Source: Macrostomum lignano (taxonomy: Eukaryota). Taken from it: a DNA stretch of 58,397 nucleotides. Position 1 is the first letter of the stretch. Each line of letters begins with the position of its first letter. This document shows positions 13,459-25,772 of the stretch, in pieces. Made by a program: the position numbers and the translations under genes. Below the pieces are notes generated by a model. That model was not told where the DNA came from, searched no databases, and worked only from the letters and a program-made list of their open reading frames with translations. The DNA lies in contig NIVC01004141.1 of assembly GCA_002269645.1 (NCBI GenBank), forward strand, positions 1-58,397, read 5' to 3'.

Positions 13459-13859
13459 CAATACTGGTGATTAGTAATGACACCGTTGATTTTTATTTGA
13501 GACCGTCCTAGTCATACATTAAATGTCTCGGGTAGAGATAGGGGTGTCTTGGTAGAGATTGGGTGTCTTGGTAAAGATTGGGGTGTAACTGGCAAAATTT
13601 AACTACGAGTATGTTTTGGTTTTTTTTACCACAGTTTGATGCGTTGCCATCAATTTTTTTCTAATTACCAAACGATATTATAATTCGGAACCGTTAGTTT
13701 TATTTTCAGCTGGTCCGACGGAGCAATTTGCACGTGTTTATTATCAATCTAGTTGTGCTCTGTTCTGGCAGTCTTTCAAGCAGAGTCTGTACTTAAGCTT
13801 AGCAATTTTCTGCTTATCGTCGATTGAAAAAAATGCAAAAGGTTTTTTGCAATAGTTAG

Positions 13860-14650
13860 ATAGGTGTAGGGCGGAGTGAGGTGGATATAAAGCGGAGTGA
13901 GTTGGGTGTAAGGCGGAGGGAGGTGGGTGTAAGGCGGAGGGAGGTGGGTGTAAGGCGGAGGGAGGTGGGTGTAAGGCGGAGGGAGGTGGGTGTAAGGCGG
14001 AGGGAGGTGGGTGTAAGGCGGAGGGAGGTGGGTGTAAGGCGGAGGGAGGTGGGTGTAAGGCGGAGGGAGGTGGGTGTAAGGCGGAGGGAGGTGGATGTAA
14101 GGCGGAGGGAGGTGGGTGTAAGGCGGAGGGAGGTGGATGTAAGGCGGAGGGAGGTGGGTGTAAGGCGGAGGGAGGTGGATGTAAGGCGGAGGGAGGTGGG
14201 TGTAAGGCGGAGGGAGGTGGATGTAAGGCGGAGGGAGGTGGGTGTAAGGCGGAGGGAGGTGGATGTAAGGCGGAGGGAGGTGGGTGTAAGGCGGAGGGAG
14301 GTGGATGTAAGGCGGAGGGAGGTGGGTGTAAGGCGGAGGGAGGTGGATGTAAGGCGGAGGGAGGTGGGTGTAGGGCGGAGGGAGGTGGATGTAAGGCGGA
14401 GGGAGGTGGGTGTAAGGCGGAGGGAGGTGGATGTAAGGCGGAGGGAGGTGGGTGTAAGGCGGAGGGAGGTGGGTGTAAGGCGGAGGGAGGTGGGTGTAAG
14501 GCGGAGGGAGGTGGGTGTAAGGCGGAGGGAGGTGGGTGTAAGGCGGAGGGAGGTGGGTGTAAGGCGGAGGGAGGTGGGTGTAAGGCGGAGGAGGTGGGTG
14601 TAAGCCGAGTGAGGTGGGTGTAAGCAGAGTGATGTGGATGTAAGGCGGGG
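13860..14650. repeat. 21-bp G-rich minisatellite (AGGTGGGTGTAAGGCGGAGGG)
   Basis: About 35 units; source of the ALHPPPS and RRREVGV ORFs. Confidence 0.97.
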
Positions 14651-15527
14651 TGAGAGTTAATCAGATCAAGCCTCAATTAAGTGGACATTCCAAATAATTT
14701 AAAAAAATGACCCATCAATGCTCAATTGAAATACTCCACTATATTTTTGTTTCACAAATAATGCTTGCAATAATGCTTTTATGCGTCGCTAATATCTAAA
14801 CATGTACATAAATACTAGAATCAAGTCAAGAGTCAAACAGTTGCTTATTCCGTGGCATAAAAATTACAACTTAACCAATTATGCTGCAATGTTTGTTATA
14901 TGAAAATTCACTTCCTGATTTAGAAATATACCCGGCTGTCAGAGTCTATACTCCGTAAGCCTATTTTCATTCCAAAGCTTAAATATTGGATAAATGGCTA
15001 CAAACATGCAATTCTTTTTTACTGACCTTCAGAATGGATGCTTTGTTTTTATCAGTCTCAGGGTGACTCGTTTTACTCCTTTCGGTATTATTTATAATTC
15101 GTCTATTAACACTGAACTGGCACCAAATAAAACTTTTATATGATAATTTGCCGATATGTTGCGTTAATAACATAACTGGGCATGGTTTTGCAGGGATTAA
15201 AAATCAGGCAAAAATTTTTGCTGTGCCGGCACTGTGTGGCATATGAATTCTGTATAACTGCTGCTAATTAGCGGTGAATAAATTCCGTTACCGGAAAAAT
15301 ACTTTACGGCTTCATTGACTGAGGTTTGGCAATGCTTGTCTGAAATAATTCTTTAATAAAACAAAAATATTTTCTTTTCACGTCAAATACTTTAAGTAGA
15401 AATAAACGCTTTTTGTCGGAAAAATTTGCCACTTCTGCAATAAAATGCCGCAAATGTAGCAGAAATCGGGTATAAAATGAACTTTATACATCCATGACTG
15501 CGGTGCGGTCCGGAAGGCTTGGTTCGA

Positions 15528-15562
15528 CGGTCTCTTACTGCGAAGACTCAATTTATTGCATG
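15528..15562 (+). ncRNA. Spliced-leader (SL) sequence copy followed by GT; candidate SL RNA gene or SL-headed retrocopy
   Basis: CGGTCTCTTACTGCGAAGACTCAATTTATTGCATG matches the Macrostomum lignano leader as I recall it and ends in ATG as flatworm leaders do. Followed by GTTAAC and a stem-loop (AACTGCGCC...GGGTGCAGTT). No canonical AU4-6G Sm site seen close by. Confidence 0.7.
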
Positions 15563-16227
15563 GTTAACTGCGCCACACCATCCGGGTGCAGTTGCCAAAA
15601 CCTTCATCACATCAAGCCTGATTACTTGACCGCACCTTTTTGCAAGTTTTACCTGCTTTTTAGTTGCCGAAAACTGCACAAAGTGTTGGGGGACGGGTTA
15701 GCGACTGTGGCAGTGGACCAGGCTCGATTCCTAGTAGTTAAGCTAGCTTGGTAATAATATCGCTTCGTGCAATTACGATCTCAAACTAGTCGTGAGTCAT
15801 TACGTTGAATCGGCGTAGGAATTGAATTTTGGCTTAACTTTAACGACAAGAAATTGTTAATACCCGCATGCAGTTTTCTGGTACTCATTTGGTCTCTTAA
15901 CTTTCAATCGTCATTCATTTGCTGGGAGGTGGGGCTGGGGTTTAACAAGCGCTTAGCCTGAACTGCGCAAGGCATCGGGATCGGAATCATGAGTTTGTTT
16001 GTTATTGTATATCATTTCCCACGCCTATACTGTATTATTACTGTAGGTCGCGGGTTCGAGTCCCTTACTATTGATCTGCAGCCGATAATGGAGGCCGCCG
16101 CTTTTTGCAGAAACGTGAATTCATCAGCGAGGTGAGTGCGTTTTCCTGCTTTTAGCGATAAATGCATAATATCTCTCACCTTCTGACCCTTTGTGGAAAT
16201 CAATATTGTGTCTCAGGGCACCACAGT

Positions 16228-16290
16228 GCCTGCGGCGCCAAAATGAGTGCCTGCGGCGCCAAAATGAGTGCCTGCGGCGCCAAAATGAGT
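16228..16290. repeat. 21-bp unit x3 (GTGCCTGCGGCGCCAAAATGA)
   Basis: Direct reading. Confidence 0.85.
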
Positions 16291-17103
16291 GCTAACAACA
16301 CCAATTCTCAAAATAATGCCCACGTGTAGGAACTTAGTCAATCATGTACATGTAGAATTCTTGGTTTTGTCCCGGCCCCCCCCCTACCACCAAAAAATCC
16401 ATGGGCTGGTACGAGCGTACATGGGGAGTACGCAAGCACTGAATGAGGGATTTCGCCATTTGTGGAAAATCCGTGCTAGAAACAAAGCGTACTAAAGAGA
16501 CTGGAGCAACTGAAATTTCGCCTGAACTTAGTCTGCATGCCGGCCTCCATTAATTAGCATTTCATGATTTCATGAGAAAATTACTTGATAAACTTGCGAT
16601 ATTGGGAATTCAGTGCTAAAATAACCGAAGACTTCCTTCTGTTTTATCTTCCCATGACTCACCATATAGTAGGAAATAGCCACAGAATTTGAAAGCTAAT
16701 AATAGCGTCGATAATAACGAGCTGAGAGATTTATCCTTGGTGAGTCACACCGACTGAGCAGCATATCCGGTACCGTCCCAGACTCTCCGCTCCATAATTA
16801 GTCTATTCTCGCAATTTCATCATCATAATTCTAAAAATAGGATCTGTCGTTGAAATTGCAAACAGATTAAGCTTCAGAGCGCGTCCAAATTAGCATGTAA
16901 GTTTTTTCTTTTTATACTTCGTATTTTCGGATAAAATTTACGATTCGCAATGGTTTTAGCTCGTATCAAAGATTTATTCACGTAATGTCAGAATCAAACA
17001 AGCACTCCCTCACTGGGCATGGCATTGCACTTCCCGCATCTTTGTGCGATCTCAAGGTCGAGAAACACACCCCATAAAGCACGAAGTCGTAACCTGCTAT
17101 ATT

Positions 17104-17280
17104 AGTCACGTGATCTCAAGGTCACACACCACACCCCATGCAGGACAGAATGGACATTTCCTGACGCGGCCTTCATTTAGTCACGTGATCTCAAGGTCAC
17201 ACACCACACCCCATGCAGGACAGAATGGACATTTCCTGACGCGGCCTTCATTTAGTCAAGGTCACACACCACACCCCCTG
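17104..17280. repeat. About 75-bp direct repeat x2.5 beginning TAGTCACGTGATCTCAAGG
   Basis: Direct reading. TAGTCACGTGATCTCA reappears at 19336-19351, beyond the foldback insertion. Confidence 0.85.
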
Positions 17281-17305
17281 CAGAACAGAATAGACCTGTA
17301 CACTC

Positions 17306-19318
17306 GGGTCCACGACGTTTGCCTGCGGGACGTTTGCCAGCCGACGTTTGCCTGCGGGACGTTTGCCAGCCGACATTTGCCAGCCGACGTTTGCCAGCCG
17401 ACGTTTGCCAGCCGAAGTTTGCCTGCCGGACGTCTGCCTGCGGGACGTTTGCCAGCCGACATTTGCCAGCCGACTTTGCCAGCCGACTTTGCCAGCCGAC
17501 GTTTGCCAGCCGACGTTTGCCAGCGGGACGTTTGCCAGTCGGAAGTTTGCCTGCCGGACGTTTGCCTGCCGGACGTTTGCCAGCCGACGTTTGCCTGCCG
17601 GAAGTTTGCCAGCCAAAATTTGCTAGCCAATATAAAGCCAGTCAGTGAAAAATTTGATACTGAAATATTCGCAGTTTAGCGGTTTGACAAAAACCATTTT
17701 TACTCCAACTTTTTGACGGTTATTCGCAATTTTGCATATATACAAGTTTGAAATGCAAAATATAAAAATTATGCAATTTATATAGATATAAATTATTATG
17801 CAATTTATATAGATTTACATCTAATATCCAGTTTAACAACTATTTTCTTTGAATGTGAAAATATTGTTTACTTTTGACAATTGTGTATCGTTTTTCCCAG
17901 TTTGAGATGTTTGATTTTTGATGTGCGAAAGAAGACGCGCAGATTACAACGGGATCTCCAGCGATTAAGTTATGAGGCAAACAAAAAGCTGCTGAGCGGT
18001 AATTCTGGCTCATATATTTCTCAGTTCATTGGGAGATCCAAAAGTAAGCATTGGATTCCAATTCTGTTGTATTACTACTCAAGTAAGCCAGGAAACCGCG
18101 ATCTCAACGTACATGTGTAGACGAGTCGAAGGCGGTACGTTTTTATAGTAAGCTATATAGCTGAATAGCCAGACAAGCCGCCAGTAGCAAGCTAGTAGGA
18201 TAGCAAGCGCTAGACACTACGTATGCAAAGCTTAGTCACGCCAAGGACTACTAAAGTAGAAGTACGCAGCACTCGAAATCTATGAAAAATTTTTTGAAGG
18301 CCATAGGGAGAAAGGAAGTTTTCATCTTTTCAGCACAACAATTGTTATTGCTTTCATACGAGGCAAACCCAATGTTCATCTTTTGATATGTTGTGCCAAA
18401 ATCGTTGGTAAACTAGATATTAGACGTTAGACTGATGAACTGCATAATTTATATATTTTGCTTTCAAACTTGTATAGATGCAAATAACCGTCAAAAAGTT
18501 GGAGTAAAAACGGTTTTTGTCAAACCGCTAAACTGCGAATATTTCAGTATCACATTTTTCACTGACTGGCTTTATATTGGCTAGCAAATTTTGGCTGGCA
18601 AACGTCGGCTGGCAAACGTCGGCTGGCAAACGTCGGCTGGCAAACGTCGGCTGGCAAACGTCGGCTGGCAAACGTCGGCTGGCAAACGTCGGCTGGCAAA
18701 CGTCCGGCAGGCAAACTTCGGCTGGCAAACGTCCCGCAGGCAAACTTCGGCTGGCAAACGTCGGCTGGCAAACGTCGGCTGGCAAACGTCCGGCAGGCAA
18801 ACTTCGGCTGGCAAACGTCCCGCAGGCAAACGTCGGCTGGCAAACGTCCCGCTGGCAAACGTCCGGCAGGCAAACTTCGGCTGGCAAACGTCCCGCTGGC
18901 AAACGTTGGCTGGCAAACGTCCCGCAGGCAAACGTCGGCTGGCAAACGTCCCGCAGGCAAACGTCCGGCAGGCAAACTTCGGCTGGCAAACGTCGGCTGG
19001 CAAATGTCGGCTGGCAAACGTCGGCTGGCAAACGTCGGCTGGCAAACGTCGGCTGGCAAACGTCCCGCAGGCAAACGTCCGGCAGGCAAACTTCGGCTGG
19101 CAAACGTCCCGCAGGCAAACGTCGGCTGGCAAACGTCCGGCAGGCAAACTTCGGCTGGCAAACGTCCCGCAGGCAAACGTCGGCTGGCAAACGTCCCGCA
19201 GGCAAACTTTGGCTGGCAAACGTCCCACTGGCAAACGTCGGCTGGCAAACGTCGGCTGGCAAACGTCGGCTGGCAAATGTCGGCTGGCAAACGTCCCGCA
19301 GGCAAACGTCGCTATCCC
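17306..19318. mobile_element. Foldback-type non-autonomous DNA transposon with minisatellite-built inverted arms and 8-bp TSD
   Basis: Left arm 17306-17836 and right arm 18409-19318 are inverted copies (14/15-bp GGCTGGCAAACGTC array plus about 200 bp unique AT-rich segment). Termini GGGTCCACGACG and CGTCGCTATCCC. Flanking direct repeat GTACACTC at 17298-17305 and 19319-19326. Confidence 0.85.
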
Positions 19319-19869
19319 GTACACTCGCAGCCTGCTAGTCACGTGATCTCAGTCGCTGCTATGTCGTAGCACTGCACATATTCCTATTGTGTCTGTATTG
19401 CTCAAACTACATAGAAATTGAAAGCTTAAATTCATTTTTCGTACCGTCGGAATTCATCTGTGAATCGGCACTCATTTTGCACGCAGAGATAGCTTTAGGA
19501 GAAGACAATGCGGGCGTAGGAAGCCACGACGAGTTCCGCTTCGCAGGGTCAACAATCAGAGAAAGTCATTTTAAGTCCAACTGTCGCCCTTCCCGCTGAG
19601 ACACGCAGCTTGTCGGTCTGACTGCGCTTGAGAGGGGGATGTTAAATTTTTCCTTGTTCTTTTTTAACTTAGCCGCACAATTCCTTCCCGCTTCCTGTTG
19701 GCTGTCAAGCCGCCGCTATCGCGTGCGAAAGCAGAAGACTGGATGCTTGCTTTCTCTTTTATGCACTCCGAGGGCATGTAGGAGAGAGGATGAGAAGGAG
19801 GGGAGTGAAGAGGTTGAGATGTTGAGAGGGAAGAGGTATATAGATCGAGTTGAGAAGGGAGTGCTGAGA

Positions 19870-20170
19870 TCCCTCTCATCCCCTCCCCTGCCCTCCCTCT
19901 CATCCCCTCCCCTGCCCTCCCTCTCATCCCCTCCCTGCCCTCCCTCTCATCCCTCCCCTGCCCTCCCTCTCATCCCCTCCCCTGCCCTCCCTCTCATCCC
20001 CTCCCCTGCCATCCCTCTCATCCCCTCCCCTGCCCTCCTCATCCCCTCCCCTGCCCTCCCTCTCATCCCTCCCCTGCCCTCCTCATCCCCTCCCCTGCCC
20101 TCCCTCTCATCCCCTCCCCTGCCCTCCCTCTCATCCCTCCCCTGCCCTCCCTCTCATCCTCTTCCCTACC
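19870..20170. repeat. 24-bp pyrimidine-rich minisatellite (CCCTCCCTCTCATCCCCTCCCCTG)
   Basis: Direct reading. Confidence 0.93.
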
Positions 20171-20661
20171 CTCCCTCCAGAATGAATGCATGTGATTCCC
20201 TTCTCAATTTCTCGCCATTGCAGAAACCCAATATAAAGGCCAAAAATCAGCTTATTCGAGAAGCAATGCAGCGCTGTTTAAAAGTGTACGGGGGGCTTAC
20301 CACGGTTAGCAGGCAGTCGTAAAGAAATATCAAAGGAATTACCCCCCACACTCCCAAAATATTGGGAGCGGAGTCAAATCCCCTGACGTTTTCTTTGCTT
20401 CAGCAAAAGCAGAAGACGAAGCCATTCCGTTTCTACTTACTGGCCTTCCATTTTTAGTCCCTGTAAACAACAGCTGTAGTCCGGACTCCGGAGGTGCCGC
20501 GGGGACTCCAGTGGAATGAGGAGTGGGGGCCGGGCCTGTGAGGCGTGGGTCTGTGTGGGCGTTTCGCTGAGTTCCGTCCCTTCCCCGCCCCACCCCCACT
20601 GCTCCCAAAACCGCCATGGATTTCTATGAAACAATGTGGACTGGAAGCGGACCATAGGCCG

Positions 20662-21190
20662 CTGAGGTCGGCTAACTCCGGTCCGCGGGCCGCATGCGGC
20701 CCACCAGGCCACCAAGCCTTTTATCCGGCCCTCGGGGGGTTCTTTGAAACTTCACAATAGCAATCCGGCCCGGGTTGCTTTCACAAGCTCGAAATTTCAC
20801 AACCTCGAAACCAGTTACTTTCATGAGCTCGAAATTTCATAAGCTCGAAATTTTCGAGGTTGTGAAATTTCGAACTTTTGAAATTTCGAGCTTATGAAGT
20901 TTCGGGTTTGTGAAAAGAAGTGCTTTTCGAGGTTGTGAAATTTCGAGCTTGTGAAGCGACCCCTCCGGCCTGCTCAAGGTTTGTCTCTTTTCAGCTCTCT
21001 TTTCTTTTTTCTCCTCTCCCCTCCCCTCTTATCTCCCCTCTTCCCCTCTCCCTCTCCCCTCTACTCTCTCTCCTCTCCCCTCTTTCCGCTCTTCTCTCCT
21101 CTCCCCTCTCCACTCTCACCTTTCTACCCTCCACTCCCCTCTACTCTCTCATCTCCCCCGTCTTCTCTCCTCTTCTCTCTAGATTCTAGA
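20662..21190. mobile_element. hAT-type MITE copy (degenerate)
   Basis: Begins CTGAGGTCGGCTAACTCCGGTCCGCGGGCCGCATGCGGCCC, a typical hAT-MITE end. Shares TTGAAACTTCACAAT..GCAATCCG and GCTCAAGGTTTGT..CAGCTCTCTT with the copy at 27536. Confidence 0.55.
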
Positions 21191-22239
21191 GAGAAGAGGA
21201 CTTTAGTTGTCCTTGATTCAAATTGTCTCTAGGGGGGGGGGGGAGAAATTCTATAATACGGCTCGTAACGTCAATTCCTTCAAATTCTTGCCCATTTTCA
21301 TTCGCGAAGACAAGCTTCAACTTTCTTAGACTCCCTAGTTTTACGCAAATTCTTTTGCAGCTGTAGAAAAAACTGGATTTCAGTGCCCGTCTATAGGTTA
21401 TAGAATTCCAAACCATGCACCTAATTCACGCATAAAAGTCCCTGAGCTTCCCCACTGGTTTACCATTATTACTTTAATACCGACTCAGTGATATTATAGT
21501 TATACTACCGCCCGACGCCCCCCCCCACACTCCAAATCCTCCCTTATTCCTGCACTGTACAGACTGCGCCTGCCTGCCTGCTGACAAAGGCACACGTTTG
21601 CTACTTGCTGCCTGCCCGCCTCCTTGCAAAAAAGTCCTTAACTGGGCCTTTCCGGAGGCAAGCAGACATTGCAATGGCTTAGTAGGAAGAAGAAGGAGGA
21701 AGCACTGAAAGACGGACAGACAGAGAAACAAGAGAAAGCTAAAGAAGAGACGCGTATTTGCTCAATGCGGCCCAGTGTTCACGTGTAGGAAAGACAATTC
21801 TGCAACATGTCTTGTACCTGGCTCGTTCTGTACAAGCACAACTGCTGTAGGCAAAGTAATGTGAAAGTGGAACAGATGAACACTGGCTAAACCCAAAAGA
21901 TGTTTAATGGGGTAGAAGCCAATGTAAATAACATATTGTTTGGCCTAGTGTGTCGAGTTGGATGGGTCAAATGACTCGGAGAGTCCATGTGTGGGATGCT
22001 GCGGAAAACATGAGACCCTGAGGAACCGTGTGCCTATGCAGAGGCTGTGTGGGGGACAGTAACATGTAGGCTCTAAGGAAGAGTCATGCAAATAATCTGC
22101 GAGTTCGGGGGAGATGCGAGACAGACAGTACACGTGGATAGCGAAATGAGTTTTTTTGCTCAAGTTAAACAGCCAATTTTTGCTTTGCAAGGTTTTGCAC
22201 GTGCTGTGATAAAAATCCTGATCAGATTGATAGCGGTAG

Positions 22240-22590
22240 GATGTCAGATTAGTACTGGTAGGATTTCAGATTGGAACCGGTAGGATGTCATATTGGTACT
22301 GGTAGGATGTCGGATTGGAACCGGTAGGATGTCGGATTAGTACTGGTAGGATGTCGGATTGGAACCGGTAGGATGTCGGATTGGTACTGGTAGGATGTCG
22401 GATTGGAACTGGTAGGATGTCAGATTGGTACTGGTAGGATGTCAGATTGGTACTGGTAGGATGTCAGATTGGTACTGGTAGGATGTCGGATTGGTACTGG
22501 TAGGATGTCGGATTGGTACTGGTAGGATGTCAGATTGGTACCGGTAGGATGTCAGATTGGAACCGGTAGGATGTCGTATTGGTACTGGTT
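22240..22590. repeat. 22-bp minisatellite (GGTAGGATGTCAGATTGGTACT)
   Basis: Direct reading. Confidence 0.95.
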
Positions 22591-23049
22591 GAGCAGGATC
22601 TAGTACTGACATTGCCAAATGCAGCTAATTGAACTAGCAAATAGGAGAGTAAAATTCATTTCATTTCAGTTTACGAGTTCGATGAGCTGGTGTGTGTGTA
22701 GAGTTCGGAGAAGACAAGAAATATGACGCTCATAATTCCATTCATGACTGAGTGGGCGGGCACAGCAGTGCTGTGGAGCGGGTATTTTTGGAAAGCTGAC
22801 TTCCCAGCCAATCCCAGCGGGTATTAGCTGTTGAGTTTGAAAAAAACGGAGAAGAGAATTTGGTTTGAGTAGGGAAGAGCGTGTGGCTTGTCTATAAGAA
22901 GGCAAACGGGTTCGCAATTCTCTAGTGAATGAAATTGTTGAGTTTACAACGAGACATTTGTACCGTGCCGTGTTTTATATTTTACCATTTAGTGGATTGC
23001 GCTTTTCTTCTCGGTGAGTAAACTCGCTTTCAATATCTCTATAGGGGAG

Positions 23050-23662
23050 TACTCTATAGTGAGTGATCTCACAGAGAGTAGTGGAGTGCTCTATAGTGAG
23101 TGATCTCACAGAGAGTAGTGGAGTGCTCTATAGTGAGTGATCTCACAGAGTAGTGGAGTGCTCTATAGTGAGTGATCTCACAGAGAGTAGTGGAGTGCTC
23201 TATAGTGAGTGATCTCACAGAGAGTAGTGGAGTGCTCTATAGTGAGTGATCTCACAGAGTAGTGGAGTGCTCTATAGTGAGTGATCTCACAGAGAGTGGT
23301 GGAGTGCTCTATAGTGAGTGATCTCACAGAGTAGTGGAGTGCTCTATAGTGAGTGATCTCACAGAGAGTAGTGGAGTGCTCTATAGTGAGTGATCTCACA
23401 GAGAGTAGTGGAGTGCTCTATAGTGAGTGATCTCACAGAGTAGTGGAGTGCTCTATAGTGAGTGATCTCACAGAGAGTGGTGGAGTGCTCTATAGTGAGT
23501 GATCTCACAGAGTAGTGGAGTGCTCTATAGTGAGTGATCTCACAGAGAGTAGTGGAGTGCTCTATAGTGAATTATCTCACAGAGAGTAGTGGAGTGCTCT
23601 ATAGTGAGTGATCCCACAGAGAGTGGTGGAGTGCTCTATAGTAAGTTATATCACAGAGAGTG
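23050..23662. repeat. 35/37-bp minisatellite (AGTGGAGTGCTCTATAGTGAGTGATCTCACAGAGAGT)
   Basis: Direct reading. Confidence 0.96.
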
Positions 23663-23984
23663 GAGTCCTTGTGCATTTCTTAATCCTCTGCTTACCTGGA
23701 TTTTAGCTGAAGCGAATGATTGCTACTGCGAAACATCTAAGCTATATTAATTATTCCCTGTAATTAAGATACAGGCACGCTAAATGAGTAAAGAGAAAAA
23801 GAAAATAAAGCCGCTAGCTTTCAGAGGGCATCCCTCCTGAGACTGTCTCTGCTATTGATTTGAATCAGTTCCCTCCCTATTCCGTGGCTGACACGAACTC
23901 TATAGAAAGATTAGAGAAACCTTATTCGATAAAGATTAGGATCCATGATGACTGGTAGCTGAGGTTGGCGCGGATAACATCCCT

Positions 23985-24222
23985 AGCACCTAAATGATAC
24001 TCCTAGTAACTAAAAATTACCCCTAGCACCTAATAAATTACCCCTAGAACCTAATAAAATACCCCTAGCACCTAATGAAATACCCCTAGCACCTAATAAA
24101 ATACCCCTAGCACCTAATGAAATACCCCTAGCACCTAATGAAATACCCCTAGCACCTAATAAATTACCCCTAGCACCTAATAAATTACCCCTAGCACCTA
24201 ATAAATTACCCCTAGCACCTAA
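23985..24222. repeat. 21-bp minisatellite (TACCCCTAGCACCTAATAAAT)
   Basis: Direct reading. Confidence 0.93.
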
Positions 24223-24229
24223 TAATACG

Positions 24230-24360
24230 CCCAGCATAGTCACCGTGCAGGCACGCACTCATGCACTCGCTCACACAGGGTGTACAGCAGCCCTGACTTT
24301 CTAATCATCAGGCATGTACAGTCTCTGTGCCATGGGGGCTGACCCTCATGGCTGCGAATC
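24230..24360 (-). mobile_element. Partial copy of a tRNA-headed SINE-like family (body only)
   Basis: Aligns by eye with 39850-39960 and 44260-44400 (CACGCTCACACAGGGTGTACA..CTGACTTT..TCAGGCATGTACA..GGGGG.TG.CCCTCATG). Confidence 0.65.
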
Positions 24361-24403
24361 GGGCCAGTTGTCAAAATCTCCCGCCGAACCGCCCAGCCTC
24401 CAG

Positions 24404-25772
24404 ATGCTCACCGAAGTGTCCGTAGCCGTCAGCTTCGTCACCTCCTTCCTGTACGGCAAGCTGCCCCGTCGGCGGGTGCTCATGCTTGGCGAGGAGCTGG
24501 ACAAGGCCATCCAGGCCAAGTTCCGGGGTCACTGGTACCCGGACCAGCCGCTCAAGGGCACGGCCTACCGCTGCCTGAAGCTGTCCGGCGACAACCCCAA
24601 CCTGCTGCTGTTCGAGGCGGCGAGGGAGATCGGGCTAGAGGCCGCTGAGATACTTCAGCACCTGCCGGACAGCCTCACCCTGTGGATTGATCCCGGGGAA
24701 GTGTCCTACCGGATCGGCGAGAAGGGTGAGGCCGGCTGTTCAGCCTGTTTTTGGGGGATCCATTTTTCGGAAATCTTCAATCCTTTAATTAATACGAGCG
24801 TAAATCTTATATCATCAAATCCAAAGAAATATTCCATACCCAAACTCCAAATCCCTAAGCTCCAAGTCCCTAAGCTCGAAATCCCAAAGCTCGAAATCCC
24901 AAAGCTCCAAATCCCTAAGCTCCAAATCCCGAAGCTCCAAATCCCTAAGCTCCAAATCCCAAAGCTCTAAATCCCTAAGCTCCAAATCCCCAAGCTACAA
25001 ATCCCAAAACGGACTCCCGCCAGGAGCGGTATCGGTGCTCTACACTGACAAAGGTCACGACGAGTCTCCCAGCGAGTTCAACCCGGAGGCCCAAGACTTC
25101 GTCCCAGCCTCGGAGCAGCTGTTGCTGGCGCAGAACTTCGCCCAGCTGGGGCTCGGCCAGCTGTACAGCTCGCAGCAGCAGCAGCAGCAGGACCTCATCA
25201 ACTACAGCCAGTACATGCTGCAGAAGAGCAGCTCGGCGCCCAATTTCTTCACCGCGGCCGCCTTTGCCCAGACCAAATTCGGCAGCACGAAGCTGCGCCA
25301 GCAGACTCGACGGACGGCCGGCGGTCGATCGAACGGCGGCGGCTTCGGGGATAGCTCCGGTCGTCGGGGTGCCGCTAGTCGAGCTGTCGGTGGCGGCGGT
25401 GGCTTCGGTGCCGTGGCCGGAGCCCCGTTGAACTTCAGCGCGCAGCAGCCACCGATTCAGGCGAGCCTCGGGCGCCACTCAACAGTCGCGGCAGCTTCGA
25501 CGGTCGCCTTCAATCGCTCGGTGTCAATGTCGCCGGGAATTGGCTACTCAAGCGTAGACTGGTCGACCGGCCTTGGAGGTCCCGGAGGCAGCGACGTGGG
25601 CGGTCAGAGGCTGTCGGTGCACATCCCGACCGCTGGCGCCAGCTACCACAGCAGCAACGGTTCCAGCCGGCAGACTTCGCCGGGTGCTGCGGCTGCGGCT
25701 GCGGCTGCGGCAGCTGCTTCTGCTGCGTCAGCGTCTGGACGACACACCGAGCAGCTGCTGCTGGCCAATTAG
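24404..25772 (+). CDS. Tob: Tob-type BTG/Tob antiproliferative protein, 356 aa
   Basis: join(24404..24725,25024..25772), phase-1 intron. BTG domain (LYGKLPRRRV..GEEL..FRGHWYPDQPLKGTAYRC; LTLWIDPGEVSYRIGEKG), PAM2-like SEFNPEAQDFVP, Tob-specific FAQTKFGSTK. The upstream ATG at 24314 lies in the SINE and is unlikely to be the start. Confidence 0.92.
24835..25005. repeat. 15-bp minisatellite (CCCTAAGCTCCAAAT) in Tob intron
   Basis: Direct reading; gives the PKLQI tail of the raw ORF. Confidence 0.93.

Noticed and set aside
13744-14676. 310-aa proline-rich ORF; likewise long ORFs at 4115-4523, 17044-19369, 33353-35499, 39884-40835, 46641-47897, 49635-50686 and 52040-52729
   Set aside because: They are translations of stop-free repeat units, often open in several frames or both strands, and many lie inside introns defined by conserved exons.
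23050-23662. CTATAGTGAGT, reverse complement of part of the T7 promoter, in each unit
   Set aside because: Match is 11 nt only and lacks the TCGTATTA portion; it is part of a diverged natural repeat, not vector.
24281-24320. Hammerhead ribozyme-like CUGAUGA..GAAA on the minus strand of the SINE body
   Set aside because: Only 3 nt lie between the two core motifs (no stem II), there is no proper UH cleavage triplet, and the other copies read CUGACGG and CUAACGA..AUAA. A plain hairpin explains it.
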